Program-made: the position numbers and the translations under genes
Assembly: GCF_052425735.1 (NCBI RefSeq)
Contig: NC_135766.1
Coordinates: 5,456,001-5,520,000, forward strand
Length of the DNA: 64,000 bases
Source: Oculina patagonica
Lineage: Eukaryota
Direction of reading: 5' to 3'
Notes under the pieces: generated by a model
The model's input: only the letters and a program-made list of their open reading frames with translations
Told to the model about the DNA's origin: nothing
Database searches by the model: none
In this document: positions 1-12,600 of the stretch, in pieces
How the letters are laid out: the number at the start of each line of letters is the position of its first letter
Numbering within the stretch: the stretch's first letter is position 1

Positions 1-173
1 AATAGAAAATGCCTTGTATATTTACATAGATAATCAGGTGTAAACAAAAAGCAAAAAAATGCACCAATGCCTAATATCCGTGATCACTTATAGACGCATC
101 CAAAACGACTTCACGGCCAATCAAAGCCCGCGTTATATAATCACCGTTTTTTTAATTTGTTTATGTAACAAAC

Positions 174-3100
174 CTTCCGCATCAATTAAGTCCTCGTACC
201 CAGACTTCATATCCTCATCCAAAGTATAACTGACGTGGGAGGCTTCCCCTGAACGTGCAGCATCTAGGTAATAAATTAATACATTTAAAAAAAAACAATT
301 AATTAATAAGTACCATATTTCCATGATTATACGCCGGTATCCAAAACTTTCCAGAGAAAAATCTCGGCTATGGCTCGTGGTGCTACTTATGACAGTTTTT
401 GGTCTATAAGAATGAATAAGAATGTAGATAAAGACTGCCTAAAGGTAGAGCCTAGTGACCCGTCAGGTAGGCGCTTATCACAGTTTCAGTAGCATGAAGC
501 GACTAAGGGCATTTCTACACCCCCTCCCCCCTGGACGGGATGCTAGTCCATTGTAGGGTTACTTCTCAGCATTAAATTCGTCGGTACGTACCCATTTATA
601 CATCTTGGTGGAGAGAGGTACTGCCAGAGTGAAGTGTCTTGCCCTAGAACAGAACACACTGATCCCGGCCAGGGCTCGAACCCGAACCGCTCGATCAAGC
701 GCGCAAAGCATTTGGCCACCGCGCCTCCCTTTATCGGAATAGTCAGAGTAATACCATGGAAAGATGCGGTCGATTTTTTAAATACCTATCGCCAAGAGGG
801 ACACTTACTTTTACTTGCTTTCCTTCTTTCCCTCATCCTATTCACAGCTGCTTTAGCTGTTGAGCATTTTTCCTCGATTGTTTCCTTCACGACTTTCTTT
901 ATGAAAGACAGCACAGTGAAGTCACTCTCTAGATCTGTGATTAAGGTTATTGGTGAGAAAAGCAACAATACGTTAAAACCATGTACGAAACGGCTTCACA
1001 ACCAACCACATACACTAATAATACACCTCTTTTATACAGACATTTAAAGGGCAGAACTGGCTCTCTGTATTATATAAGAATGCAGAACCCAAGGAGCAGT
1101 GTCACGATATTTTAAGTCATCTTTCAGATAACTTTCAAAATAAAGGAAAGGAGTAATTAAACCCCGAAAATAAACATGGACGGTTTCCACTGACGAAGAT
1201 TAAGACGGATTACGAATGACAAACTTGAAAAAACTTGCCAGTTTTGTCAAGATGCGTGTACATGACTTAGCTGCTTTAATTTAAAAGGCTAATATTTTTT
1301 CAAACCTTACAAGAGGAAGCGCGAAGTTGCCTTGCTTTCTTGTTCATAAATTGTCATGATATACCATCTAAGGATTTTTTTTTTTTGGGGGGGGGGGGGG
1401 CGAATCTTATTAAAAAATTGTAACTTAAATCAGGAGCCCATTGCTCCTGCTTACACACAGATGGAGGTAGTATGGAGATATCTGGGAGTAGTATAGAGTA
1501 TAGAGGTATGTGCCAGTAAGAAGAGTTTCAAGTGTATCATTGTTATTGGAATTACACACCTTCGGCATCTGTGTAGTCTTCATCCCCAGGCTCTATATCT
1601 TCATCCAAAGGATAATTGACGTCTTCACTTTCCTCTGCGGTAGAAATTTTGTTCGAAGTGGCCGCATCTAGACAACAAGTAGTTATATACTTTAGCTGCA
1701 AGATCCCCAATTTTTTGCGATACATCTGTTCCATTCTTTGTAGTGGAGCCCCATACCTGAGAAACTTTGGTAAACCCATAGAGCTAAAACAAAATTGGTT
1801 GTCATGTGACTCCGTCCGTCCGTACGTGCGTTTGCTGTTGTTTCTGTGCGCGGTCAAACAACAACACGAATGAAAAATCTCTAAGGCCTAAAAACGGTAT
1901 CATCGCGTGAATTCAGAGTTGAATGAAGGCAAAATTAAAAACTTTGGAGTTTTGCGTTTAATCTTGGCTAAATCTCTATACTATCTCATTATCTATCGCG
2001 AATAGGTCGATCTTGCAAGCCAACATTGGGATGGAAGCGAATGACCACTTCTGTCTAGCTCAGCTGCTAATACTATTGTAGCTGTGTCTAATGTATAGCA
2101 AGCTTTCTTCCGAATTTTTAGTCTGGAGAATACAACGACCCAGCATTTGTCGGTGCCCAATTGTGCTCATAGGTGGAAAGAATCTCTTTATGAGTCAGGA
2201 ATCTTTTCAAGAGTACAAAAGGGAACCCACATCCCTCAATACAATAGGTATATCTTACTTTTTCTTTCTTTCCTTCTTTCTTTTACCCTATTCACTGCTG
2301 CTTTAGCTGTTGAACATTTTTCTTTTATGAAAGACAACACAGTGGCGTCACCCTCCAGATCTGCAATAAATAGCATTATTATAATAAGCGTTTCACAATA
2401 GTCTGGGAGTGTTATGTACTAATTTCTAAAACGTTCACACAAAACTCAAAACTTCGACGTAGAAGATAAGACTGATTAATTTAACATAGTTCACTACAAA
2501 AGTTCCTCCCGTACCACCGGCCCCTTCTTCTCTTTTCTGCAAACATCATTAAGCAACAATGCGACCTTACAGAAACTAAAATTTTATTAATAACTCGTAC
2601 CTGGCGAATCTAGTTCTTCCTCCATCTCTTTGTGTCTTATTTCTTTGCACACTGCGGACGATGATTTAGAAAATTAGTGATTAAGAAGGAATTAAGAATC
2701 CGTTGTACAGAAAGATACAAGTTATTTCTTTGTAAACTTAGAAAAAAACTTACGGTTGTGACAATTCTTTTAAAAAAAAGATTGAAATAAGTGGCCCAGT
2801 ATTTTCATACAGTAAGGTAAGGTGCCGGTATGTGACTGAAGTACAATTTTGCTTTCTGTAACCGATTTTTGATGTGGGGTTAAATCCGTTAAATCCGTCT
2901 GGTTAGATTCTTTTAGAAGACGGGTAGATTTTGCTGCCGACTTGATTATTCCCACACCAGCATTGCCTGAAATTCATCCGTTTTCTCAGGTTGTTTACAG
3001 TCAATTTTGGATTTTATTGATAAATAAAACGCAACCGCTAAATATTTTAGAAGAAATTTAAAGAAACGGATATCGCTTTGGGAAGCTCTTTGGTTTTCGA

Positions 3101-5404
3101 TCTGAATGAAAAATTTCTGGTATCGATAGAGAAACTTGCTCGTGTAAATTGGGTAATTTGGTTTTGGTTCTCCTTCTTTTTTTATTTTGTGGGGGGGGGG
3201 GGGGGGGTAAAATAAACTTGTCTCGCAAACATCAACGTTAGTATAATTCTGTTGTAGTGATACAATATGCGACAGATTTTTTTCAGTAGAATTTGTGATT
3301 GGCATAAACTGTTTCAGGTGTAAATTAATTCTACATGTATTTGAGTAACAAGTAATATGAACAAGCAGAGCGGTTTGTTTCGACTCGATTCGACAGGGGC
3401 ATAAACACGTCTGGCAATCATTTTTAAATTTTTGCATTCTGTTACTGTTAAAATTTAAATGGAGGTATCTTGCCGTCTCTGCAATGTGTGTGATCAAAAG
3501 GCGGGATGAATTTTAAAATTGATTTTTCACAAATGAAAGCAGATCTACAGTTAATATGAACCCAATGTTGTTTTAGACGCCAATGGGTGAGCTGTGTGTA
3601 CACGGAAGCTTCAAGAGTTTTTTTAGTCATCGATCCTTTCTTATCACACAAATTCTAGAGTAGTATCAAAATGTAGCAGTGTGTTCAAAGCAGAATCGGT
3701 GTGTTATCATTATATACCGACCAGGAAACTTCAATAAACAGAGAATATCTTCTCTTGCTGGTCAAATTCGATCTTGTTCACAAAATTTAATGAAGCAATT
3801 TATTTCCGTCAAAAAATTTAGTGAAATAAAACTGATGTATTTAAAGCTGACTGAATGCTTTTCGATTGTTTAGGAATTTTTATGGTTGGGAAATTATACA
3901 CCAAACCGCGGTACATGTTTATGCGACCTTTTCTGTCGAAACAAATCAACATAATTTAGATACCTGAAAATATTTGCGAGACATGTTTACGCGAGTGTCT
4001 CTTCGATTCTCTGTCGATACCTGAAATTTTTTATTCGGATTTCAAACCAAAGCGACTCTCTAAGCATAATTTGTTTCTCAAAAGTTCTGGTGAATCATCA
4101 GATAATTCGTTTTATTGATCAGCAAAATCCAAAGCTTCAAATTCAGGTTATGCTTAAAGGTGAATACAAAATATATTCGAGTCGACAATTAATCTTACCG
4201 CTAAGCTGTTAGAATTTCTTCTCTAGCCTGTTAGACCTTGAATGTCTTAATTTTTATACTTATAGACTGTATAAGGATTATGATTCGTGGCCAATTTGTG
4301 AAGGGAATACTTTTTTCCGACTCGTAATGCCACCCACCGCTAATAGAACGCTATATTTTTTTAGCCAGCGATGCAACTTCCGTTTTTTCCTGGGATCGGA
4401 ATTTTGAACAGAGGGGTTTTCCCGAACAACTCTTGATGTGACAATGCTTAATTTATTCTGACATCATACGTTCTAGTTTGTTTTGATCAGTACGCAATCA
4501 AGATTCCTAGTCCATTAGTTTCAGATGTACTGTCTTCGTGGCTTTTAAACATCGAATTTGTCAACGAAAACGACAACAGCCTTTATTTAAGTGATGGAAT
4601 CTGATGTAGTATTTACATGCCATGTGTGTGGGGTGAACTCATTTGCACAACTGATTTGAAACTGATTTCGCACTGATAGCGGTGCACCCGGATGAAAGTA
4701 ATTCTCGCCGTGTACTATCTCTAGAGATCGCTCCATTGCAAGAACATTCGAGGAAATCGTAGTCCAGAAACTTTTGAAGATTTATAGGGGTGCGGAATGC
4801 GGAGTCACCTTGCTACGGTACGTTAAACGGTCAAAATCAAAAAAACTACCAATGAAAAAGCATCATCGCAGTTGCAACTGCAAGTGATGAAAGCGGAAAA
4901 CTATTATTTTTTGGACAGGCGAATGCGGAACAATCAAACCTAGGCGATATAGACTTTCGGTTGAAACTATCTATCTCTAAATTAAACAATATTGGCAACG
5001 GGAATCTACGTACCGCAGCAGAGTATGGGTCCATGTAGATGTCGATACAGAGGCTCCAGTTTAGACTCAAACGAGTGCACCAGATACCAAAATGCATGCC
5101 GGTCTTTTTGCTCCACAACTGCTAGTAGCTCGGTAACCTTCCTATCTACAGTGGGCAATAAGCTGTTGTTGAAAATTCTCTCATGATCGAGCTGGTCAAA
5201 TTGGTTGTGAGCTCTCATATATCTCAGGATATAATGCAAATAATCGTCGTTTCGGATTTTGTTCGGAATAAGAACCAAAAACTCATCCAGGCCTCTATCT
5301 GAGACTCTAAGGTACGTTTCGATAATCTTTTCCGATTCTGGAGTGAGTGTATTTTCCTTTTGAAGGAACTGTTCGCAGTCTTGGAGCTTTGAGTGTTTCG
5401 GCAT
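174..5404 (-). CDS. CARD-like domain protein, paralogue 1 (last exon lies beyond the left window edge)
   Basis: Exons 5404-5014, 2651-2601, 2360-2259, 1667-1560, 934-809 and 263-174, all GT-AG and joined in phase 1. Exon 1 (ILRYMRAHNQFDQLDHERI...TVDRKVTELLAVVEQKDRHAFWYLVHSF) matches the CARD/death-fold pattern by eye. Colinear with the paralogue at 9687-16486. Confidence 0.75.
448..730 (-). mobile_element. tRNA-derived SINE
   Basis: Minus strand begins GGAGGCGCGGTGGCC...GGTTCGAGCCC (A/B-box-like). Related copies at about 10823-11073, 20069-20228, 32040-32125 and 57160-57420. Confidence 0.7.
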
Positions 5405-7399
5405 TGCTGCTCGGTCAGGTTCTCAGACACAATAACTTGGACTCGCTGTTGCACAGACATTAAGCTGTAAATAAAAGTAATATTTCATAACAGGATGTAA
5501 CATTCAGGTTAAATACCTACGTCAGCAAGTCACGCCACAAGGCACAGATTAAATTCTTATTGGAGTAAGAAAAGTGGTCCCTCGAAATATCGCTCACTGA
5601 TTGGTTGGTGAGTGACCAGGGGTTTTTACCTTGCTTCAGGGCGGGACAGGGTGATGAAACGGTGTTTATATTTGCTGCAACTTCTCCATAATACGGAATG
5701 CGTCTGGGTCTGGTTCGCTCTTCTCCTGTTTTGGGGAGAATATGGAGGAATTGATTTAAACCTAAGCTCGAATTTACTGCAATATCAATTTAAAGGTAGG
5801 TAAAATGGCAGCGAATGGCCCTTTTCTCCCAGAGGAGAGTCAGGATTAGGAAGAAGAAAATGGCAGCGATCAGATTAGTTGTAATCAAACAGTGGTAATC
5901 ATAAAGGGTTATATGTGAATAACTATCGTTTTGCACTCGTTTATATTTTTTCCACTGTAAAAAAAATAGGTCTCCTCTACTAACCTAGTAACACACACGG
6001 AAAATCGTAAATTAGACATTCCACTGAACTGTTGACCTCAAGAACTGGAGAAAAACATTGTTACGGATGAGTTGAGTTAAGGATTCCAGCGAAGGAAGGG
6101 GATTTACCGATTTCAGCGTGGATATTTTTATCTCGACTTGGTTGGGCCGGGAAATCCACACAATGCACCATTCCTTTTCCAAACTCAAGAACAAATGGAA
6201 ATGTTCAAAAGAAGTGATAGTAAGTTGTTGTCAGTAAAGGTTATCCAACAAGTAGTTGCATTTGAGAAAGGCTCAATGAATATTTTGGTAAAAGTTTCAC
6301 TCGACCGGGTAGATTAAAAATCCCTGCAGAAAGTGAAAGACAGGAGTGCTGAAGCAGAGGGGGGAAAATCGTGTCATATTAAAAAATCGTTTGTTAGAAA
6401 CAGATGATGCAAGCCGTTCAGATGATGGCACGGAAATAAAATTCTTGCTGTGAGAGAAATGTCCCAAACTGGAGAAGACCAAGAGAGCTGCAAGAGAGCT
6501 GCAAAATGACATCGATTTTCTCTAAAACATGGGACGAGGAATGGGAATGGGGGATATGTAAAAGGGGAAATCCCTTACAAGGAGAATTTATCAAAAGAGA
6601 GAATCTCTAAAAGGGAGAAACCCTTAAAAGAGAAATATCTGAAAAGGGAAATTTAAAAGGGAAAATCCCCTACGATATTTATTCGCATTTAAAATAATAA
6701 GGAAAAGCGTAGTTTTGGGTTGGAAATATTAAATATTGGTAGTTCAAAATATTATCTTGGGAAATGTATATAAGTACTCGAAACGTTAGCTGTAAATAAT
6801 GTTGCTGATTCGTTCTCTTAATTTAGTTGATCAAATGATATCTTCTCCTTTTTCGATGTTGGAATGTAAACACAGATCGATGTTGTGTTTCTTGGAAACA
6901 AGTTCTTCGGCGAAGTATGTGTAAATTACTTGGTTGTTCTATTGCACTAAAAATTCTGCTATGTATCTTGGTTATTTTAAATGTATTCCTTACTTGGAAC
7001 TTATCAACCGATTTCTTGGTGAAACTTGGGTTCATTCAAATTCCTTGAGCATCATTTCCGCCTTGACATTATTTTCAATTTCCAGCTGCGTTACCTAAGC
7101 AATTTCTTAGTGTACACACGGGTGTCGTTGGAAATAATAAGATGAAATTGAGGAATCACTTTTTGTAACCGTACGATGAAGAAACGTGCGATGACATGGA
7201 GGGCCTCTGAGGAATTCTACTCCTACATTGAAAGCGTATGCAGAAGAACCCCTTGACATGAATTACGCACACTACAATGTCATACCAATTGCTGTTAAGC
7301 AAGCTGATGAAGTGGCTTGTACATTAGACAAAATGGTTAAACAGGGTATAATTCCAAAGGATAGCATATTTTATAAGTATTTATAGGGTAATAAGATGA

Positions 7400-7592
7400 G
7401 ATGTTCAACATGACAATAGCATGGGACACAGAAAATTTCTGCGTCCCCGACGGGAATCGAAGTCGAACCCGTGGCCTCCCAGATACCGGTTGGGCGCTCT
7501 TACCAACTAAACTACGAGAGACTCGTTGTGAGCTGGGCCATTTACTAGGTTGATTTGTGACACGCGTCCTGCATACTGCTAGAATCAAATGG
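7400..7592 (-). mobile_element. tRNA-related interspersed repeat (SINE-like)
   Basis: Minus strand GTAGTTTAGTTGGTAAGAGCG...GGGTTCGA...TCCCG has A/B-box-like motifs but no clean cloverleaf. Confidence 0.5.
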
Positions 7593-7599
7593 TAACTAA

Positions 7600-7869
7600 T
7601 CTCGGTGGACCATCTGATAGGACTCTTACCGCAAACGGTGGTGGTTACTGATACGACAAAGAGTGATGTGCTCAGTGTGTTATTGAGAACCTTCCGCGAT
7701 CTTGTTAAGAAAAATGATTCTGCTGTGACGGATTGTCCGATATTCACTATTAAAAGTGATGAGTGTTCATGGAAGATCTCTTCATGCAGAAAACGATGTA
7801 ATTGTGTTGAAACCTGGTTTGACATTCGACCCAACTCAGAAAAATGTTACTGGCCTTGCAAAAGGAAAC
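7600..7869 (+). pseudogene. Degenerate coding fragment, possibly a transposase relic, interrupted by a MITE
   Basis: Frameshifted coding-like pieces TTKSDVLSVLLRTF and VIVLKPGLTFDPTQKNVTGL end exactly at the TTAA of the MITE. The family assignment is a weak resemblance only. Confidence 0.3.
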
Positions 7870-7873
7870 TTAA

Positions 7874-8204
7874 AGCTGATTTCCAGTCCGTACTGCGCAG
7901 ACTCGGGGTTTGTTTACGTTTTTGTTTTGAATTCGTTGAAACGTTACACTTCGGTGACAGCATACATGAAGTGTTTTAGTCCGCCATTACAGTTCGCTTC
8001 GTTCAAGAACTTCCGATGAGCTGAAACGTCGGTTTGAAATAGCGTCAAGGTTCTTCTACTTGTTATTATTTGTTCTGCAAGGATATCTGGCGTTAATAAT
8101 GAAGAAACAGGTAAGTTTGTCACGTAATTTTTAGTTTTGCTTTGTTTGTGAGGCTCACATAAACATTGCAGCCGAGATTGCGCAGTACGGACTGTAATTC
8201 ATCT
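7874..8204. mobile_element. MITE with TTAA TSD and AG...CT termini (Kolobok-type ends)
   Basis: TTAA at 7870-7873 and 8205-8208. Imperfect TIR of about 26 bp around CAGTCCGTACTGCGCA. A second copy lies in the opposite orientation at 58402-58743. Confidence 0.85.
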
Positions 8205-9686
8205 TTAAGTACGGATTGATGCAAACAAGGATAAAATGGCTCAACTAGCGAGATATCTAAAAAACAATACAGCCACAGAGACGTGCAGTTGTTCACTTGT
8301 AACAAATACATCATCTCTGTTTGTGGGGGGTCTCTTATCATAGTCAAAAGGGAAAACTGGAGAATATCTAAAAGAAAATCTCGTTCAAGAGCAGGTCATG
8401 CAATTTAGCAGCGGATTCAGACCTTCAGGTAAGTGGGGCCCGATCATCTAGACCATGAAATAAGAGGGGGAGGGCCCGCTCTCGAAAATATTTTTTTCTC
8501 GGCTCTTTGGGCCTCAGTTTAGCCTAAAAATAAAGTGGGGGCCCGAGCCCCACCGTTGATCCGCCACTGACTGCAATTGTAGTTTGGTGGAGTATGCCTT
8601 GAAAAATGCTCATCAGATGTTTTAGAACAAAGTGACTCTTATCTCATACAAGGAAGTTCAAACTTTATTTCAGATTAGTTAATGATGAACCTGCATCTAT
8701 TTTCCTACCACTTTGATTCTACAAATTATTAACTTCTGCTCTTAGAGCAAGCGGTTTCATTAAACTGACATAAAACTGTCAAACACAATTTTTCATTGGG
8801 CCAATTGTTGTAGCCGTAAATAGCATCAACTAAGCAATCAGAATCCGCACGAAAATATGTAATCACTTTGCAAGCACGGGAAAACATGTAACCGGTGGAA
8901 AGCGCGGGAAGACATGTAACCAGTGGCAAGCGCGGGAAGACTCACGTGACCCAAATTAAGAATAGTTTGGATTCTCACCTTATTGGCCGTGAAAACATAT
9001 CTTCGCTCTGATTGGCTAACTAACTATAGAGCTCAACTCGAAAGACTTTCGAAAAATTGCTCATTTCTATGCACTAGATCACCTGAAATACCATTCAATA
9101 AAGTATGCAAGCGTCATCAAATTAAATATGTTTTTTGTGCCACGCAATGCTACAATTTTTAATCTAGTTTTTTTAAAAAAAATATCTCGGCCCCAGAACA
9201 ACTTTCAATTTTACCGGATAACAAATCAGGTATTTGTTCGTTTTGCATATTATTTCAAATATATTTGGTGCGGGAACCAGCCTGCCTATTCATGATATAT
9301 TTCTGAATATAAGATTATATATATAAAGTGTTGTTTTCTACAACAGTGGTGACATACCGACAGATAAAAGTGTTTCTTTCGCTACTCTATTTACAAAGGT
9401 ATTATATCTACAGGCAGTTTTCTCTTCGCGCACAGTGCGAAGGCAAACAGATCTGACTAGTCTTACTCTATGAAAATTGCTTTTTTAGGCAGGTAAACAT
9501 TATAACCGCCTCTGCATGTAAAATATCAGAATTCCTTGGTTTTCTACAACTTTTCTTCCAATGTATCTACAACAGAAGATAATGGTATGATTATTTAACA
9601 GAAAAGTTGTAAGATGTTTTATTAACAGAGATCAGGATTCGAGAGACAAAAATAGGGGAAGGAAAACCCGGAAGGGGAGCTCAAAC

Positions 9687-12600
9687 TCAGAACGTGATCA
9701 AAAGGATCAAAAGGTTGCAATAGATAAACAGGAACAAAAACTCAAATACTGGAAGTGGATAAAAGGTGAACAGAGAGACCGCTGACAAGGTGGTAAAGGC
9801 AGCTTTGTAGGCTCGTTTGCGCCTCGTTACCACGCAGAGTTGCTCTTCTGACGTCTTTGACGTCACTGTAGCGTTGATGCCGTCCTTAACTCTCCTGGGT
9901 TCGTCTGTTCCATGTAGAAAGTCCCCTAAAGGTAAGCCTAAGGGTAAAAAAGCTTTAAAAATCAAAATCAACCCTTTCTTTGTTGGAGAAGCGGTTGTGC
10001 AATGGTTAGTGTGCGGTCCCCGTCCTCCCTTTAAGCAGGAGTAAAATAAGGAATGGTCAATTGATTGAACTATATCTATTAAAAAAGACGCTGCATTTGG
10101 ACAAGTTGGTTATTTTTTCACTTTATCGCTGGAATAAACACAGTCAATCATTCACTAGCAACTTTCCTTGTCCTTATGTATAATGCTACCGGCTAAGTTA
10201 ACTCTTTATCGTGGCTTAAAAACAAAAGCAAGAAGTCTGATTCGCTTTCTATCTAGAAAATAGAAAATGGCCTGTGCGTGTCAACGTGGCCTTGCGCATG
10301 ACAAGAGAAAGTTTAGGGTAGCTAGAATTGGATAATAATTAGCGTAAACCCGAGCCAAAGGATCGGTTTTACATGTGCATAAGTATACCTTCACTACTCC
10401 CTTACTTTCTCTTATTTTTGCATCAGGTGTAAACAAAAAGACAAAAACTGCAACAGTGCGTTATGACCGTGATCACATAAATTATAGACGAATCCAAAAT
10501 GACTTCACGGCCAATCAAAGCCTGCGTTATATAATAACAGTTTTATAACTTGTTTATGTTACACACCTTCCGCATCGATGTAGTCCTCGTCCCCAGACTC
10601 TATATCTCCATCCAAAGTATAACTGGCGTGTGAAGCTTCCCCTGTACAAGACTGCCTTGAACGTGCAGCATCTAGTTAATAGATTAATACATAAAAAAGA
10701 ACAATTAATAATTACCATGTTTTCTTGATTAAACGCTGGTCTCCAAAAATATAGCGTTTATAAACCTGACTATGGCTCGTGGTTCTACCTATGACATTTT
10801 TTTGGTCCATAAGGTTAAGGCCAAGCCTAGTGGTCCATCAGGCCCGAGCTTATCCCGTTTTCAGAAGCATGAAGCGACTAGGACTATTTCTATCTAGTCC
10901 CCCTTGGATAGGATGCTAGTCCATCGTAGGGTTACCCCCAGCATTACGCTCGCCAAAGCCCATTTATACACCTGGGTGGTGAGAGGCACCATGAGAGTAA
11001 AATTGACTTGCCATGGTTGCCGGACCATACGATCCGGAGTCCAGCGCAATAACCATTATGCCACCGCGCCTCCCTTTATAAGAATAAGACACGGAGAAAT
11101 GGGTCGATTTGGTAAATTGCTATCTCGCTTTACAACAGTCTAAACTGATGTAATGCTTTGCTATCCCATTTCGGAACATACCGTAGAATTCCGGTTATAA
11201 GCCCTGGGCTTATACAACTTGGTAAGGGTTTTTGGGTGGGCTTATAAGCGGAGGGGCTTATTCGGGAGGGCTTATAAGCGGAAGGAAAAAAACGTTTCGA
11301 AACAAGCCTAGAGAGTGTTGATCGAAATACGTTTTTAAGTTAAAAACGCACAAGAAAGCAACATTTAGCCCTGTTCAGTACTGTCATCGGGTAGAGGGGG
11401 GCTTATATCCGGGGGGCTTATAACCGGATGTATTTTTTTGTTTCAGGTTGATGGGTCTATAACCGGGGGGGGCTTTAAGCGGGGGGCTTATAACCGGAAT
11501 TTTACGGTAGGCCACTGACAAAACTCCTCCAGCCCCCCCCCCCCCCCCCCCCCCCCTCTTTCCCTGGCCAGGTGTTCCATCTGCGCTCCATTAGTTAAGT
11601 AACACTTACTTTTCCTTGCTCTCCTTTGCTTCATCCTATTCCATTTTTCCTCAAACGCTTCCTTCACGACTTTCTTGATGAAAGTCAGCACGGTGACATC
11701 ACTCTCCAAATCTGTCAGTGACAAATAAAAGGTTTCTGGTGAGAAAAGTTCTAACACGCCATAATGCGTATCAAACGACTTCACAGTCAACCACAACACA
11801 CGTTGTATCCTCAAAATTTTATGCACTCGAAACTCTCTGATAAAAAAACAATAAATGGGAGAACTTCGTGTGCGCATTATGGAGAAGGGGAGGGTGAAGA
11901 GAAGGGGGAACTTGCTGGAGATGGTGGGGCTTATTTTAAATTATATATATAACTTATATCAGTTGGGGTACACATAAGGAAAAAAGTGGATTTTTCTTAT
12001 GTTTTAGTGCTATTTGGTAACAAAGTTCTACCATAAAAAGTAAATTTGGTGCATGCATAACTTTAAAAGCGCAAAGTTTCCTTGTTTATACTTGTTCATG
12101 AACTGTCATGATTTACCATCTAAGGAGAGGGGGCTCTGAAAGAGAGGGAGGGAGAGAAGGAGGGGAGCTTATTAACAAATCTATGTTCTAGACGGGGGTG
12201 GGGGATTTATAGAGCTTTTACGGTGTATAAATCCTGGTCTTCCTGGGACCATGCAAGCTGTCCGATGTATAAAGGTACCAGTGTCGTAAAGGTGTCCATA
12301 AGAAGAGGTCAAGTGTATCGATCAATGTTACTAGTGTTACACACCTTTGGCATCTGTGTAGTCTTCATCCCCAGGCTCTATATCTTCATCCAAAGGATAA
12401 TTGACATTTTCAATTTCCTCGGTGGTAGATATCTTGTTCGCATCTGGATAACGTGGAAATATAAACTTTAGCATGTTTGTCCTAACACTTGCTAGCGGAG
12501 CCCCATAACTGAGAAACTTTGGTAAAACCATAGAGCTGAAAAATGTTGGTTGTCATGTGACTCCGTCCGACCGTACGTTGGTTTGCTGTTGTTTCGGGAC

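Noticed and set aside
1386-1400. Poly-G/poly-C runs here and elsewhere as G-quadruplex elements
   Set aside because: They are homopolymers, often associated with repeat ends and scattered across the window, with no specific signal.
2946-3497. 183-aa ORF in an intron of CARD paralogue 1
   Set aside because: Non-ATG start, crosses a poly-G/poly-T run, no recognisable motif. It lies in a copy-specific segment whose ends I could not define.
7337-7834. 165-aa minus-strand ORF and a possible tRNA gene near 7445-7517
   Set aside because: The ORF spans a SINE-like repeat. The tRNA-like part has a duplicated TTCGA and no clean cloverleaf.
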